A stretch of DNA of 64,000 nt from Thermoplasmata archaeon (lineage in GTDB: Archaea > Thermoplasmatota > Thermoplasmata > Lutacidiplasmatales > UBA184), in contig DAHVCH010000008.1 of NCBI GenBank assembly GCA_027314165.1, positions 27,274 through 91,273 on the forward strand, given 5' to 3'. Under the pieces are notes generated by a model. The model searched no databases, was not told the DNA's origin, and saw only the letters and a program-made list of their open reading frames with translations. Position 1 is the first letter of the stretch. Each line of letters begins with the position of its first letter. Shown one piece after another: positions 28,010-37,279 of the stretch. Made by a program: the position numbers and the translations under genes.

Positions 28010-28633
28010 ATGTCCGCGCCGCCCGAGAACCCCCCGCCGGATCGCGCCGACCCACCGGAGGAGGCGCCCCGGGGGAAGCGGCAGGAGGGGCAGGGGGAGG
28101 GGCCCTCCCCCGCGGCCGCGGAAAGCTCCCCCGCGGGTGCGGGGAGACGGAAGAAGGGTGGGACCCACCGGGTCCTCAAACTCATGCCGGGGGGGGCGGA
28201 GGAGGGGCACCCCCTCTCCCCGGCGGAGGCTCGAAAGGCTCGTGCGGCCCACGAGAAGTTCCGCGTCGACTACGCCCCGACCCCGTTGGGCGTCCCGGCC
28301 TGGACCATCGAGAGCGGCAGCGGGCAGACCTACCGCGTGCTCGTGCCGGCGTTCCCCGACCGGCAGGGGGCGCAGTGCAGCTGCCTCGACTTCCTCACAC
28401 GCGGGCTCGGGACCTGCAAGCACCTGGAAGCGACACTTGCGCAGGCGGCGAGCGCGCCCCCCGCGTCACTGGATGTCCGCTCCCGCACGCTGCGCTACGC
28501 CCCGGGGTGGGCCCGCATCGACCAGGAACAGGAGCGGGCGCTGAGCCTGCTCAGTGGCCCGGTCCCTCCGGACCCCGCAGTGCTGGCGGTGGCGCTGCGG
28601 AGGGCGGGGCGGTTGCTGTGCTCGGACGGCTGA
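28010..28633 (+). CDS. SWIM zinc finger protein
   Basis: IESGSGQTYRV...AQCSCLDFLTRGLGTCKHL gives CxC-x10-CxH, the SWIM signature; low-complexity N-terminus. Confidence 0.85.
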   Translation: MSAPPENPPPDRADPPEEAPRGKRQEGQGEGPSPAAAESSPAGAGRRKKGGTHRVLKLMPGGAEEGHPLSPAEARKARAAHEKFRVDYAPTPLGVPAWTIESGSGQTYRVLVPAFPDRQGAQCSCLDFLTRGLGTCKHLEATLAQAASAPPASLDVRSRTLRYAPGWARIDQEQERALSLLSGPVPPDPAVLAVALRRAGRLLCSDG

Positions 28634-31600
28634 TCCTCGCCCCCCGCTGACGGCGGAACTCTCCGACGAGCGGAACGAGGGCCGCTGCCGCGAGGGCCAC
28701 GGGCAGAAGGAACACCGTGGCCCCGTAGCCTTCCGCCGAGGGACCGATGGGGTACCCCGGAGGAGGCGCCCGCCAGGTGGTGGCCACGATCCACGGCGTC
28801 CAGGGCCCGGGGAGCCCGAGGGAGTTCCAGGCCCGCACGCGGAAGTGGTAGGTGGTGCCGGGGAGCGCCGGGGAGAAGAGGAAGGAGGTCCAAGTCGGGT
28901 CGGAGAGGTTCTCCTCCGCGCTCCCGTTCCCTTCGACGACCTGGACCGTGTAGTTCTGGAAGCGGCCGGATCCGAAGCTCGAGGGCGCGGTCCAGTTGAG
29001 GGCGACCTCGTTCGAGGAGGCGTTCGCGAAGAGCCCCGTCGCCGCGCGCGGCGGGACGCTGAGCCAGGACGGGACGATCACGACGGGGAGCTGGACGGAG
29101 AGGTTCTCGCCGCCGGAGGTGGCGCTCGCCGTGAACGTCGCGTTGCCTGCCGTCGCGTTGGCCTCGATCTCGAAGAGCTCGGAGCCAGGGCCCGAGGACC
29201 AGCCGGTCCAGAGAGGAAGCGCCAGGTCCGACGGCGAGATGGCCCCGCTCCATACGACCTGGCCGAAGGGGCGCCCCATCTGGTCGAAGGGCGCGAGTCC
29301 CACGAACGCGTTGTTGCCCGCGAACGTCGCGACCCCCATCGAGCAGCTCCCGACGCAGGGCCCCGTGAGGTCCTGGAGGTAGGCGAGATGGGGCCGATAG
29401 GTGAAGATCGGCCAGGAGGCGAAGAACACTGTCCCGTCCGGCCCGACGAGGGAGGCGTTGAGCCACCCCTGGGTCGAGGTCCCGGTCAACGAGACGTTCA
29501 CCTCGCGCCCGACCGTGTTGGAGAGGGTCCCGAAGGAAGCAGGGGCCAGCGACCAGTGGGCCGGGGCCTGCGCGCCCGGGACCTGGGTCGTCCCGGCGGT
29601 GAAGGCGGTCCCCGCGGGCTCGATCGTGGCCGAGGGAGAGGCGGGGCCCAGGAGCGCCGGACCGAGCAACGCGTCGACCTCGGCGGAGGCGCCGCCGGGG
29701 GTGATGGCGATCATCGTGGCGTTCGTGGGAGGGCCGATCACGTCGAAGAGGAACTCCTCCACCGCGGAGCGGGGGCCGTCCTGCCAGGTCAGGTTCCCGA
29801 GCACGATGCCCGGGGAGGATCCGGTCGTGACCGTGACCTGCGCGCGCCGGTTCGTTCCCGCGAAGCTCGCGTCGGACCCGGGGGCCAGATGCCAGGTGAA
29901 GTTCCCCTGGTCGTACGTCGGAGCCCCGTTCTGGTCGAGGACGAGCGCGGTGATGACGGCGGGGGCGTTCTCGAAGACGCCACCGTAGGGGGTCGCGGTC
30001 GCCGCGGGGACGAGGGCGACCGCGGAGGCGACCTTGGCGTACACCTGGAGCGGGAAGTCCACGGTCTGGCTCTCCCCCGCCCACTGCAGGGTCTCGACCG
30101 CTTCGCCGCTGCCGGGGAGTCCGCCGGCGTAGAAGACCGCCGTCTCGGGGAGGTCCTGCGAGGTGCCGTTCCCCATGGGAGCCATCACCCCGAGCGTGCT
30201 CGGGACCACCGCCCAGGAGACGTTCATCGCCGCGTACTGCAGCCCGTAGAACCCGCCGGCGAGGAGCAGGTTCCCGAAGAGGTCCTGGTCGACTCCCTCG
30301 AGGTACGCGAACCCGCCCACGGGCACGCTATCGGAGGGGGCCCCGTAGAGCGCGACCGAGCTCACCCCGAGAGGGACGATGGAGACGGGAAAAGGGACGG
30401 ACAGGTTCGTCCCCCCGGACCAGTTCACCTTCGCGAGGACAGTACCGTGCCCCGCCCGTGGACCGGCCACGAAGACGGCCCCTCCTCCCTGCGGGGTCAC
30501 CCGGCCGAAGGTCGAGGGCTCCACCTGCCAGGTGACGTTGAGCGTTCCGCGGGCGATGCCCCCGACCGCGTCGGTCCCGTAAAGGGAGAGCTGGACCCCT
30601 TGACCGGGGAGCAGGGGAGGGGTCTGCATGTACGGGGCGTAGAGCCCGGTCATGGGATCCGGGGGAGGGGGTCCGGCGTCGCGCACCTGAGCCGAGGCGG
30701 TGAGGGCTCCCCAGTTGCTCGAGAAGAACGTGACGTTGACCCACCCGGTCCCCGTTCCGCTGCCGGCGGTGAACGTCGCGGAGGACCCTCCCGGGGCGAT
30801 CGTGCCCAGCGAGGAGGGCGAGAGCGACCAGAGGTAGGTGCCCGTCGGGGTCGTGCCCCACCCGTCCTCGACGGAGGCGGAGAGGGTGAGCGTCTGCCCT
30901 TGGGAAAGTCGTGCGCTCCGAGGAGAGATGTCGAGCACGGCCCCGGCGGAGGCCGGGACCGCGGAGACCTGCAGGATCGCCGTGCGGCTCGCCCCGGCCG
31001 AGGTGGCGGTCGCGTTCACCCATCCGTCCCCCGTGGTCGCGTTCACGTGGAGCGTCGCCGGGCCCGCCGCCGTCGGGGTGAGCTCCCCGAAGGAGGAGGG
31101 CCACAAGGTCCACGTGGGCTGCGGGGTCGAGGCGCAGGGACTCCCGGTCTGGTCGAACCAGCGCGGAGCGAGGGTGAGATTGGACCCGGTCTCCAGGGAG
31201 ACCCGGGAGGGCAGGTCGAGGCTGAGCAGGATGCAGGCCGGGGTGTAGACGGTCACGGGCACCTGGTCGGAGGCCGAGGTGCCGTTCAGGGAGGCCACGA
31301 CAGTGACCGTACCGTTCTCCGGCGCCGGTCCGGCCGTGAAGGTCCCGGAGGCCGAGACCGAACCCAAGGACGATGGGCTCACGTTCCAGGAGAGCGAGGC
31401 GCCGGCGGCCAGGGCCCCCCCGGTGCCGTTCCACAGCGACGCCTGTGGGTAGAGGCCGTGCGTGCCGCCGACGGGGACGAGGAGGGCGCTGGGATCGTAG
31501 GCGCCCAGGAGGGGCGAGGGCAGGAGGTCCGGCCCTTGGAGGTGGGGCGCGAGAAGAGGGGCGGAGCGAGCTGGAGAGGAGGGTGCGGCCGCCCAGGGGT

Positions 31601-31775
31601 TCGAAGCGCCGCTTCCCTGAGCAACCGCGGCTCGAGGGAACGCGACGGACGACAAGTTTCGGTCCGCCGTGGGTGGGAGCACGGTGGCGAGGCCGGAGGC
31701 CAGGCTAACGAGGGCGAGCCCGACCGCGAGAGCGCCGAGGAGGTGCCCCCGACGCCTAAGCGGAGGTCTCCACAC
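28551..31775 (-). CDS. Large surface glycoprotein-like protein: tandem Ig-like (Big_2-like) repeats, FN3 domain, C-terminal TM
   Basis: Signal peptide; about 7 W-x2-x-PS-x-(L/F)-G repeats; FN3 motif LNWTAPSSFG...LPGTTYHFRVRAWNSLGLPGPW; TM followed by RRQR. Confidence 0.82.
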   Translation of the reverse strand: MWRPPLRRRGHLLGALAVGLALVSLASGLATVLPPTADRNLSSVAFPRAAVAQGSGASNPWAAAPSSPARSAPLLAPHLQGPDLLPSPLLGAYDPSALLVPVGGTHGLYPQASLWNGTGGALAAGASLSWNVSPSSLGSVSASGTFTAGPAPENGTVTVVASLNGTSASDQVPVTVYTPACILLSLDLPSRVSLETGSNLTLAPRWFDQTGSPCASTPQPTWTLWPSSFGELTPTAAGPATLHVNATTGDGWVNATATSAGASRTAILQVSAVPASAGAVLDISPRSARLSQGQTLTLSASVEDGWGTTPTGTYLWSLSPSSLGTIAPGGSSATFTAGSGTGTGWVNVTFFSSNWGALTASAQVRDAGPPPPDPMTGLYAPYMQTPPLLPGQGVQLSLYGTDAVGGIARGTLNVTWQVEPSTFGRVTPQGGGAVFVAGPRAGHGTVLAKVNWSGGTNLSVPFPVSIVPLGVSSVALYGAPSDSVPVGGFAYLEGVDQDLFGNLLLAGGFYGLQYAAMNVSWAVVPSTLGVMAPMGNGTSQDLPETAVFYAGGLPGSGEAVETLQWAGESQTVDFPLQVYAKVASAVALVPAATATPYGGVFENAPAVITALVLDQNGAPTYDQGNFTWHLAPGSDASFAGTNRRAQVTVTTGSSPGIVLGNLTWQDGPRSAVEEFLFDVIGPPTNATMIAITPGGASAEVDALLGPALLGPASPSATIEPAGTAFTAGTTQVPGAQAPAHWSLAPASFGTLSNTVGREVNVSLTGTSTQGWLNASLVGPDGTVFFASWPIFTYRPHLAYLQDLTGPCVGSCSMGVATFAGNNAFVGLAPFDQMGRPFGQVVWSGAISPSDLALPLWTGWSSGPGSELFEIEANATAGNATFTASATSGGENLSVQLPVVIVPSWLSVPPRAATGLFANASSNEVALNWTAPSSFGSGRFQNYTVQVVEGNGSAEENLSDPTWTSFLFSPALPGTTYHFRVRAWNSLGLPGPWTPWIVATTWRAPPPGYPIGPSAEGYGATVFLLPVALAAAALVPLVGEFRRQRGARISRPSTATAPPSAAPPPALRGPEGPGH

Positions 31776-32010
31776 GGGAGACCTACGCCGGCGGTACGAT
31801 ATGTGTCCATGACCTCCCCCCGAAGGGGTGGTCTTCCCCCCTAATGTCGGATTTTCTCAAGATCGTGGTCATTTCATTGGATATTGCAGCTGCGGATAGC
31901 CCATTGCGGTAAACACGTGGCAAGCCCACCGAACGGGCTCTCCACCCGGCCGCGGCCCCCCTCCCGGCCGGTCGGGCCGACACATCCCGGGCAAGGATCG
32001 GAGCGGCCCT

Positions 32011-32028
32011 GGGGGCGTCGACGCCCCC
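32011..32028. repeat. Perfect 18-bp palindrome GGGGGCGTCGACGCCCCC
   Basis: Self-complementary; lies 9 nt past the stop of the minus-strand pilin-like pseudogene; possible terminator or processing hairpin. Confidence 0.8.
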
Positions 32029-32036
32029 GAGGTGGC

Positions 32037-32598
32037 TCACAGGTTGGTCGAGCCGCTCACGGCAACCCCGTTCATGCCATAGACCATCCATGATGCATGG
32101 AGGAGGTCGATACTCCTCGCGGCCACGACCGCCATCCACTGACCGGACACCAGCGTGACTGGAAGTGTGGCGTTCCAGGCCACCCCACCCCGAACTGCCG
32201 AAGTGGGCCTGCTGGACCTGGCTTCCCTGCGATGAGAGGATCAAGATCCATCCCGAGGTTGGTGGGGCGACGCCGCACGCCGTGGTCCCCAGGGCGCCTC
32301 CGCTCCCCGGAGGCGACACGTTCGAGTTCCCTGCCAAGATGATCTCCAGGCCGATGGACGCGGTCGTGAAGGTGCTCGAGGTGCCCGCCACCGTTAGGTT
32401 TCAGGCCGTAGCTCCGTCGCAGGAGCCCTGGGTCGCGGCGCCGAGCAAGATGTCGCTCGGGCAGGCACACGGGTTCCCCGGGGTCGGGGCGAGCCGGTGG
32501 ACGACCGCGAAGAACCCCAGGACGAGGAGCGGCACGACGAGGATGGCCCTGATCATGGGCACATCTCGGAGGACCCGCCCTCCGGACGGCTTTTCCAT
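32037..32598 (-). pseudogene. Disrupted pilin-like gene (in-frame TGA plus +1 frameshift)
   Basis: MEKPSGGRVLRDVPMIRAILVVPLLVLGFFAVV...GATA*(32403-32401)NLTVAGTSSTF...HFGSSGW, then a one-base shift near 32184 to VAWNATLPVTLVSGQWMAVV...GSTNL* (stop 32039-32037). Confidence 0.7.
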
Positions 32599-32867
32599 GG
32601 ATCCCTCCGGAAGGCTGGGGACCCGCAAGCTCATCGCGGCCGGGCGAGCCCGGGGGGAGGCCCGCCGACCGCTTCGAGTGGCAGAGAGGCCGTCGGGGAC
32701 TACTTCAGTCCGGGGGGTCGGTGTTCGCCTGGCGCCGAACTCGCCCCCGTCATTTGTCGATGGAGTACGGGCGGGCAGCGCCTGGCGAGGGGGAGAGGCG
32801 AGGGTAGGGGGAAAGGGTTCGGGGGCGGCGATGACGACGACGAGGGCGGGACGTGCGGTCGAGGGAC

Positions 32868-34577
32868 CTACGCCGAGCCCATGCCGGGTTGGCCCTTCAT
32901 GGCGCGGATACGGTAGTAGTCCGCGTCCACGACGACCTCGCCGTTGACGCCCATCGTGTCCAGGGACTTCGCCTTCACCTTGTCCAGGCCCTTCGCCTTC
33001 TGGAAGTCGCCCACCGGGACGGAGAACTTCTGCTCCACCTCGGTCCGGTAGATCGGACCGGAGTTGTACGAGCAGAACGGGATGATGCGCCCGTCCGGGA
33101 TGGAGTAGTGGATATCGCAGCGCATCAGGCGCTGGATATCGTAGTCGTAGGCATCCTGGAAGTGCATGTTCCCGATGTAGAGGGCCCTCCACGCGAACTT
33201 CCCGACGGCGTCCTTCGACCCTTCGGTGAAGATCCCGGAAATGACCTTCACGACGTTCTTCTCGTTGATCCCTTCCGGGGCCTTCGAGAAGTCGAAGTAC
33301 TTCGCGACGCTGTGCATGAGCTGGGCGCCCGCGATCGCGGTCCGGACGCGCGCGAAGCGCGCCTCGCGGTACTTCTCGATGAGCTGCTCGACGTTCTCGA
33401 AGAACCCGTCGACGTCCATGAACCGGGTGAGCGGCGTGATCTTCCGGTTCTGGTCGACGAAGGCGAACGTCGCGCACCCGCACCCGGGGTGCGTCGTGAG
33501 CGTCATCTTCTCCTCGCCGTGGATGATGGAGACGAGCTCCGAGATCGGCGCGACCGAGGGGACGGGGAAGAAGTCGGACTTCTCGAAAGGTCCCTCGTTG
33601 CACAGGATCCGCACGAGGTCGCTCTGCGTGAAGCGCATCGCGAAGCGGTCCTTGTCGGGGATGCGCGCCGTGAGGGCGACCGGCTGGAAGTTGACGCCGC
33701 GGACGACGTCCAGGTTGTCCAGCGCGAAGTCGATCGTGGGCATGATCTGGCTCTCGTTGAACCCTCCGACGAGCGTCGGGACGAGCACGACCGAGAGCGG
33801 CTTGTCCGGCTTGCCCACCGCGAGCTCATCGGCCGGCGAGTGCGTTCGGCGGGCGTTCTCAATCGCCCGCTGCTTCACCTTGAGGAGCGGGACCCCCCGC
33901 ACCTTCCGGTAGATCTCGTCGTCGAGGCCGTCGAACTGCAGGTAGAGAGTGTGCAGGTGGTTGTTGCGCGAGGCCTGGGCGAACCCGGGCTCGTTGGCCA
34001 TGCGGATCCCGTTCGTGGCCACCTGGATCTGCTTGAACCCCAGCTGGTAGGCCATGTTGCAGGCGTCCAGGAAGAGGGGAGAAAGGGTGGGCTCCCCACC
34101 GGAGAACTGGACCGCGACGGCCCCCACGGGCTTCTGCTCGCGGAGGGTCTTCAGCATGAAGTAGATCTGCTCGCGGGAGGGCTCGTAGACGTATCCCGCG
34201 GCGTTCGCGTTCGCGAAGCAGACCGGGCACTTCAGGTTGCAACGGTTCGTGAGGTCCATCAGGGCGAGTCCCGTGTGGGACTTGTGGTGCGTGCACATCC
34301 CGCAGGTGGTCGGGCAGCCCTTGAACTTGTCATAGTAGGGGTTCTCGTACCCGACACCGTCGTGGGCGTAGACCTCCATCCGGAGGTAGAAGTCGACGTC
34401 GTTGGAGATCACGTCCCAGAAGTAGCCGTGGGTCCTGCAGGTCTTCTCCATGACCACGCGCCCTTCCTTCTCGCGGACGACGGCCGGGATGACCTTGATG
34501 CACTCGGGGCATACCGAGGCGGTCTTTCGGGGGAGTCCACGCGGGGCCTGGAATTCCTTCATCACTCGGGCGGGCAT
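32868..34577 (-). CDS. tes: Tetraether lipid synthase Tes (MJ0619-family radical SAM enzyme)
   Basis: N-terminal CPEC...CRTH, CPTTCGMC, radical SAM motif CNLKCPVCFA, FSGGEPT, VNFQPV, HPGCG, MRCDIHY, PFCSYN: the MJ0619/Tes architecture. Confidence 0.85.
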   Translation of the reverse strand: MPARVMKEFQAPRGLPRKTASVCPECIKVIPAVVREKEGRVVMEKTCRTHGYFWDVISNDVDFYLRMEVYAHDGVGYENPYYDKFKGCPTTCGMCTHHKSHTGLALMDLTNRCNLKCPVCFANANAAGYVYEPSREQIYFMLKTLREQKPVGAVAVQFSGGEPTLSPLFLDACNMAYQLGFKQIQVATNGIRMANEPGFAQASRNNHLHTLYLQFDGLDDEIYRKVRGVPLLKVKQRAIENARRTHSPADELAVGKPDKPLSVVLVPTLVGGFNESQIMPTIDFALDNLDVVRGVNFQPVALTARIPDKDRFAMRFTQSDLVRILCNEGPFEKSDFFPVPSVAPISELVSIIHGEEKMTLTTHPGCGCATFAFVDQNRKITPLTRFMDVDGFFENVEQLIEKYREARFARVRTAIAGAQLMHSVAKYFDFSKAPEGINEKNVVKVISGIFTEGSKDAVGKFAWRALYIGNMHFQDAYDYDIQRLMRCDIHYSIPDGRIIPFCSYNSGPIYRTEVEQKFSVPVGDFQKAKGLDKVKAKSLDTMGVNGEVVVDADYYRIRAMKGQPGMGSA

Positions 34578-34765
34578 CTTCGGTTCCTTCCTTCGTGGGG
34601 CTCGGCCGTTGGCCGACCTTGTCCCTCCTCACCCCAAGCCCACCTCTTAACCGTCATGTAGCGAATGCAACGACATTTAACCGGCTTCGACAACCATGGG
34701 GGGTCGTAGCATGGCGTCGCCCTTATGGGTCAGGCTTGACCTTGCCCCCCTCCGAGGGGAAAGAG

Positions 34766-35293
34766 ATGCCCAAGAGCGCGTCAGCGTCGAAGTCGAAGAA
34801 GCGGCCCTCCGCCTCCCCCAGACGCCCTGCAGACGCCCCCGCCTCCTCGTCGGGGGCCCGACGGCCTCCTCCCTCCTCTGCGGCCGGGACTCCCGTTCGT
34901 CCGGGCGGTCCGTCACCCTCGACACCAGCTCCACCGACCCCGCCGGCGACCGGCATCGGGATCACCCCCCTGCTCCGACTCGAGAAGCCCTTCGACGTGG
35001 ACGAGTTCTGTCAGCAGCTGGGGGAGACGAAGGTCACCGCGACGGTCCCGCGGGAGCACCTCAACGAGGTCCTCAAGCGTGTCGTGGAGTTCATGGAGTT
35101 CGGGATCTACGTCTACGCCGTCGTCGTGCTGCCCGGTCCTTCACCCACTTTGGAGAAGTTCACGGTACAGCTGGACCGGATCGATTTCGACAACGGGCGC
35201 AAGGGCTGGACCCCCTTCCAGGAGAAGGGGCGCTCCTCCTCCCCCTTCGGTCCGGCGGGCGACCGCTCCCCTCGGACCCCTCCGCATCCCTGA
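34766..35293 (+). CDS. Hypothetical protein with basic, Pro/Ser/Ala-rich disordered N-terminus
   Basis: ATG 34766; C-terminal ~100 aa looks globular (LLRLEKPFDVDEFC...GIYVYAVVV...DRIDFD). Confidence 0.65.
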   Translation: MPKSASASKSKKRPSASPRRPADAPASSSGARRPPPSSAAGTPVRPGGPSPSTPAPPTPPATGIGITPLLRLEKPFDVDEFCQQLGETKVTATVPREHLNEVLKRVVEFMEFGIYVYAVVVLPGPSPTLEKFTVQLDRIDFDNGRKGWTPFQEKGRSSSPFGPAGDRSPRTPPHP

Positions 35294-35339
35294 AGTAGGA
35301 CCCCGGGTCTCCGGGATCCGCTGAGGATCCTGGAGAGCT

Positions 35340-35573
35340 ATGGAAGACGAGAAGTGGACCGAGCTCTCGGTCCGGCTGGAAGACCTGAAGCGCCAAGTGG
35401 ACGCCCTCCGCGCTCAGCAGGAGGCGCTCGTCGAGAGCGTGCAGGAGCTCACGAAGACCTTCCGAGCCCTGGCCGTTCATCTGGGGATCGCGACGGACAG
35501 CTACCGCCCTTCCGGCGGCTCCTCCTCGACCTCGGGCCGGCGGAGCCATGATCCTCCCCCCGGGTTCGGTTAG
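35340..35573 (+). CDS. Small coiled-coil protein
   Basis: Heptad pattern LSVRLEDLKRQVDALRAQQEALVESVQELTKTF. Confidence 0.65.
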   Translation: MEDEKWTELSVRLEDLKRQVDALRAQQEALVESVQELTKTFRALAVHLGIATDSYRPSGGSSSTSGRRSHDPPPGFG

Positions 35574-35788
35574 GAACGGTCGCCGACCCAACCCCTCGAG
35601 GACCTCCAACGCGCGTCCGGCGCCGGGGTCGGTCCCCCGCATCGGGGCCTTCGCGCTCGCGCAGGCCTACGGTCACGGTTCCTGCCACCGAGGCATCTTC
35701 GTGCCAGAAGGGTCGTTCCGCGGTCTCTTGCGCATCCGCAGTGACATTCAAGTAGGTGGTCCGCGCGTTGCTGAGCAAGGTGAGCCAC

Positions 35789-36418
35789 GTGCGGACAGGG
35801 ATCGTCATCGTCGGAGTAATCTTGCTAGTGCTGGGTGCCGTTCTTGCCTTCGTGCCCTTGGTGACCCAGAGCGTGCAGCAGACCGGAAGCAGCTCTTCCT
35901 CGGGCTTCTCGGGGTACGTGTGGAACGACAACGGTATCTTCTTGCCGGCGACGGTCAAGATCTCCTGGTCCGCGTCCTCGACCGTGATGTTCCTCTACAT
36001 CACCTGCACCAACACGATCACCCAGAGCCAGGCGCAGGCGGCCAACTTCAACATCACCTCCTGCAACGGGATGCAGTCCTACGGGGCGCAGTCCTCCACC
36101 TTCCTTGGCCAGACCATCCACTACGACACGGGGACGAGCGGAAGTCAGAGCATCTCGGTTCCTGCGGGCGGGACGCTCCTCTTCTCTGGAGGGAGCGGGA
36201 GCCCGACCACCATCAACATCAGCGCCAGCTACCCGGAGCCGCTGATCGGGTTCATCCTCCTGGTCGTCGGCGTCCTGATCCTGCTCGTCGGACTGGTCTT
36301 GAAGTCGAAGAAGCGCACGGCCGCAGCCCCTCCCCAGGCCTGGGGACCCGGGCAGCCGGGCGCGGGTCCGTCCGTCCAGCCGGGACCTCCGGGCCAGTGG
36401 CAGCAGCCCCCGCAGTAG
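35789..36418 (+). CDS. Two-TM membrane protein with extracellular beta-rich loop
   Basis: GTG 35789 after SD AGGTGA; N- and C-terminal TM helices, Ser/Thr-rich loop with a Cys pair, Pro/Gln/Gly tail. Confidence 0.75.
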   Translation: MRTGIVIVGVILLVLGAVLAFVPLVTQSVQQTGSSSSSGFSGYVWNDNGIFLPATVKISWSASSTVMFLYITCTNTITQSQAQAANFNITSCNGMQSYGAQSSTFLGQTIHYDTGTSGSQSISVPAGGTLLFSGGSGSPTTINISASYPEPLIGFILLVVGVLILLVGLVLKSKKRTAAAPPQAWGPGQPGAGPSVQPGPPGQWQQPPQ

Positions 36419-36593
36419 TCCTGGGACCTGCGGACCGGGCCCCTCGGGGGCCCGGTCCAACCCTTTCCTTCCCTGACCATCAGGTGGTTCCTCCCCGCGT
36501 TCGCTTCAAGCTCACGGCGCCCGTGCCGCTCCCTCGAGTGTCGATGCGGGGCCCAAGGCGCGTCGGAGGACTGTTGCGGACGGAGGGCTGCGC

Positions 36594-37202
36594 TTGCGTC
36601 CCGGCATCGTAGCGATCGGGCTCGTGGTGGTCGCTCTGGGCGCCATGTGCACCTTCGCGCCGGTCTTCTCTCCACCCGGCGGGAGCCAGTTCGGGGCCGC
36701 GAAGATCCAGTCCAGGTCGGTGATGGTCGACTCCCGTTACGACTTCTCCTGGTCGAAAGGGGGCGCCACGGACTACGTCGCCGCCTTCGACTGCGGGACG
36801 ACCACCCCCGCGAACCTCTCCTCGGGATCGACGGCGGGCGCCGTCTGCCCGTCCGAGCGATGGCTCGCCCACGGGGCGGGGAGCTCGGGGGAGCTCTCCA
36901 TCGGGGCTCCCCCGGGCGACTGGGTGATGGTCGTCGCCTTCCAGAACGCGAGCGGCACGATCGACACGGGAGCCCAGATCTCGGTCACGGTGACCGAGGG
37001 GCTGATCGGCGTCCCCCTGCTCGTTCTCGGGGCGATCGTCGCGGTGGTCGGAGCCTTCGTTCGTTCCCGGCACCCTCGGACCCTTCCGGAGGAACGACCG
37101 GTCCGCCACGGGGAGCGGGTGACCGATGGGGAGGAGATCCGGGTGCTGCCGAAGCGACCTCCCGGTCCCTCGACCACGCGGAAGAAGCCGGGCGGGCCGT
37201 AG
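36594..37202 (+). CDS. Two-TM membrane protein, paralog of the 35789-36418 gene
   Basis: TTG start; MRPGIVAIGLVVVALG vs MRTGIVIVGVILLVLG; EGLIGVPLLVLG vs EPLIGFILLVVG. Confidence 0.7.
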   Translation: MRPGIVAIGLVVVALGAMCTFAPVFSPPGGSQFGAAKIQSRSVMVDSRYDFSWSKGGATDYVAAFDCGTTTPANLSSGSTAGAVCPSERWLAHGAGSSGELSIGAPPGDWVMVVAFQNASGTIDTGAQISVTVTEGLIGVPLLVLGAIVAVVGAFVRSRHPRTLPEERPVRHGERVTDGEEIRVLPKRPPGPSTTRKKPGGP

Positions 37203-37279
37203 CGCCCTTCGCTCGCCTGGAGCTAGGGAGCGGTAAGTACCTCTACGGCTCTCGAGACCTTCCCCTGAGGTCGAGTGGC

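Noticed and set aside
28554-31844. 1096-aa ORF antisense to the large surface protein
   Set aside because: Codon-mirror of the real minus-strand gene; stop-free because of third-position GC bias; no domain signatures.
32401-32403. Selenocysteine or readthrough recoding of the in-frame TGA
   Set aside because: The context is a surface protein, not a redox site; a second lesion (frameshift) follows; no archaeal SECIS was recognised. Pseudogene or error is simpler.
34690-34760. tRNA-like GGGGGTCGTAGCATGG start
   Set aside because: No T-loop (TTCGA), no acceptor-stem closure and no cloverleaf.
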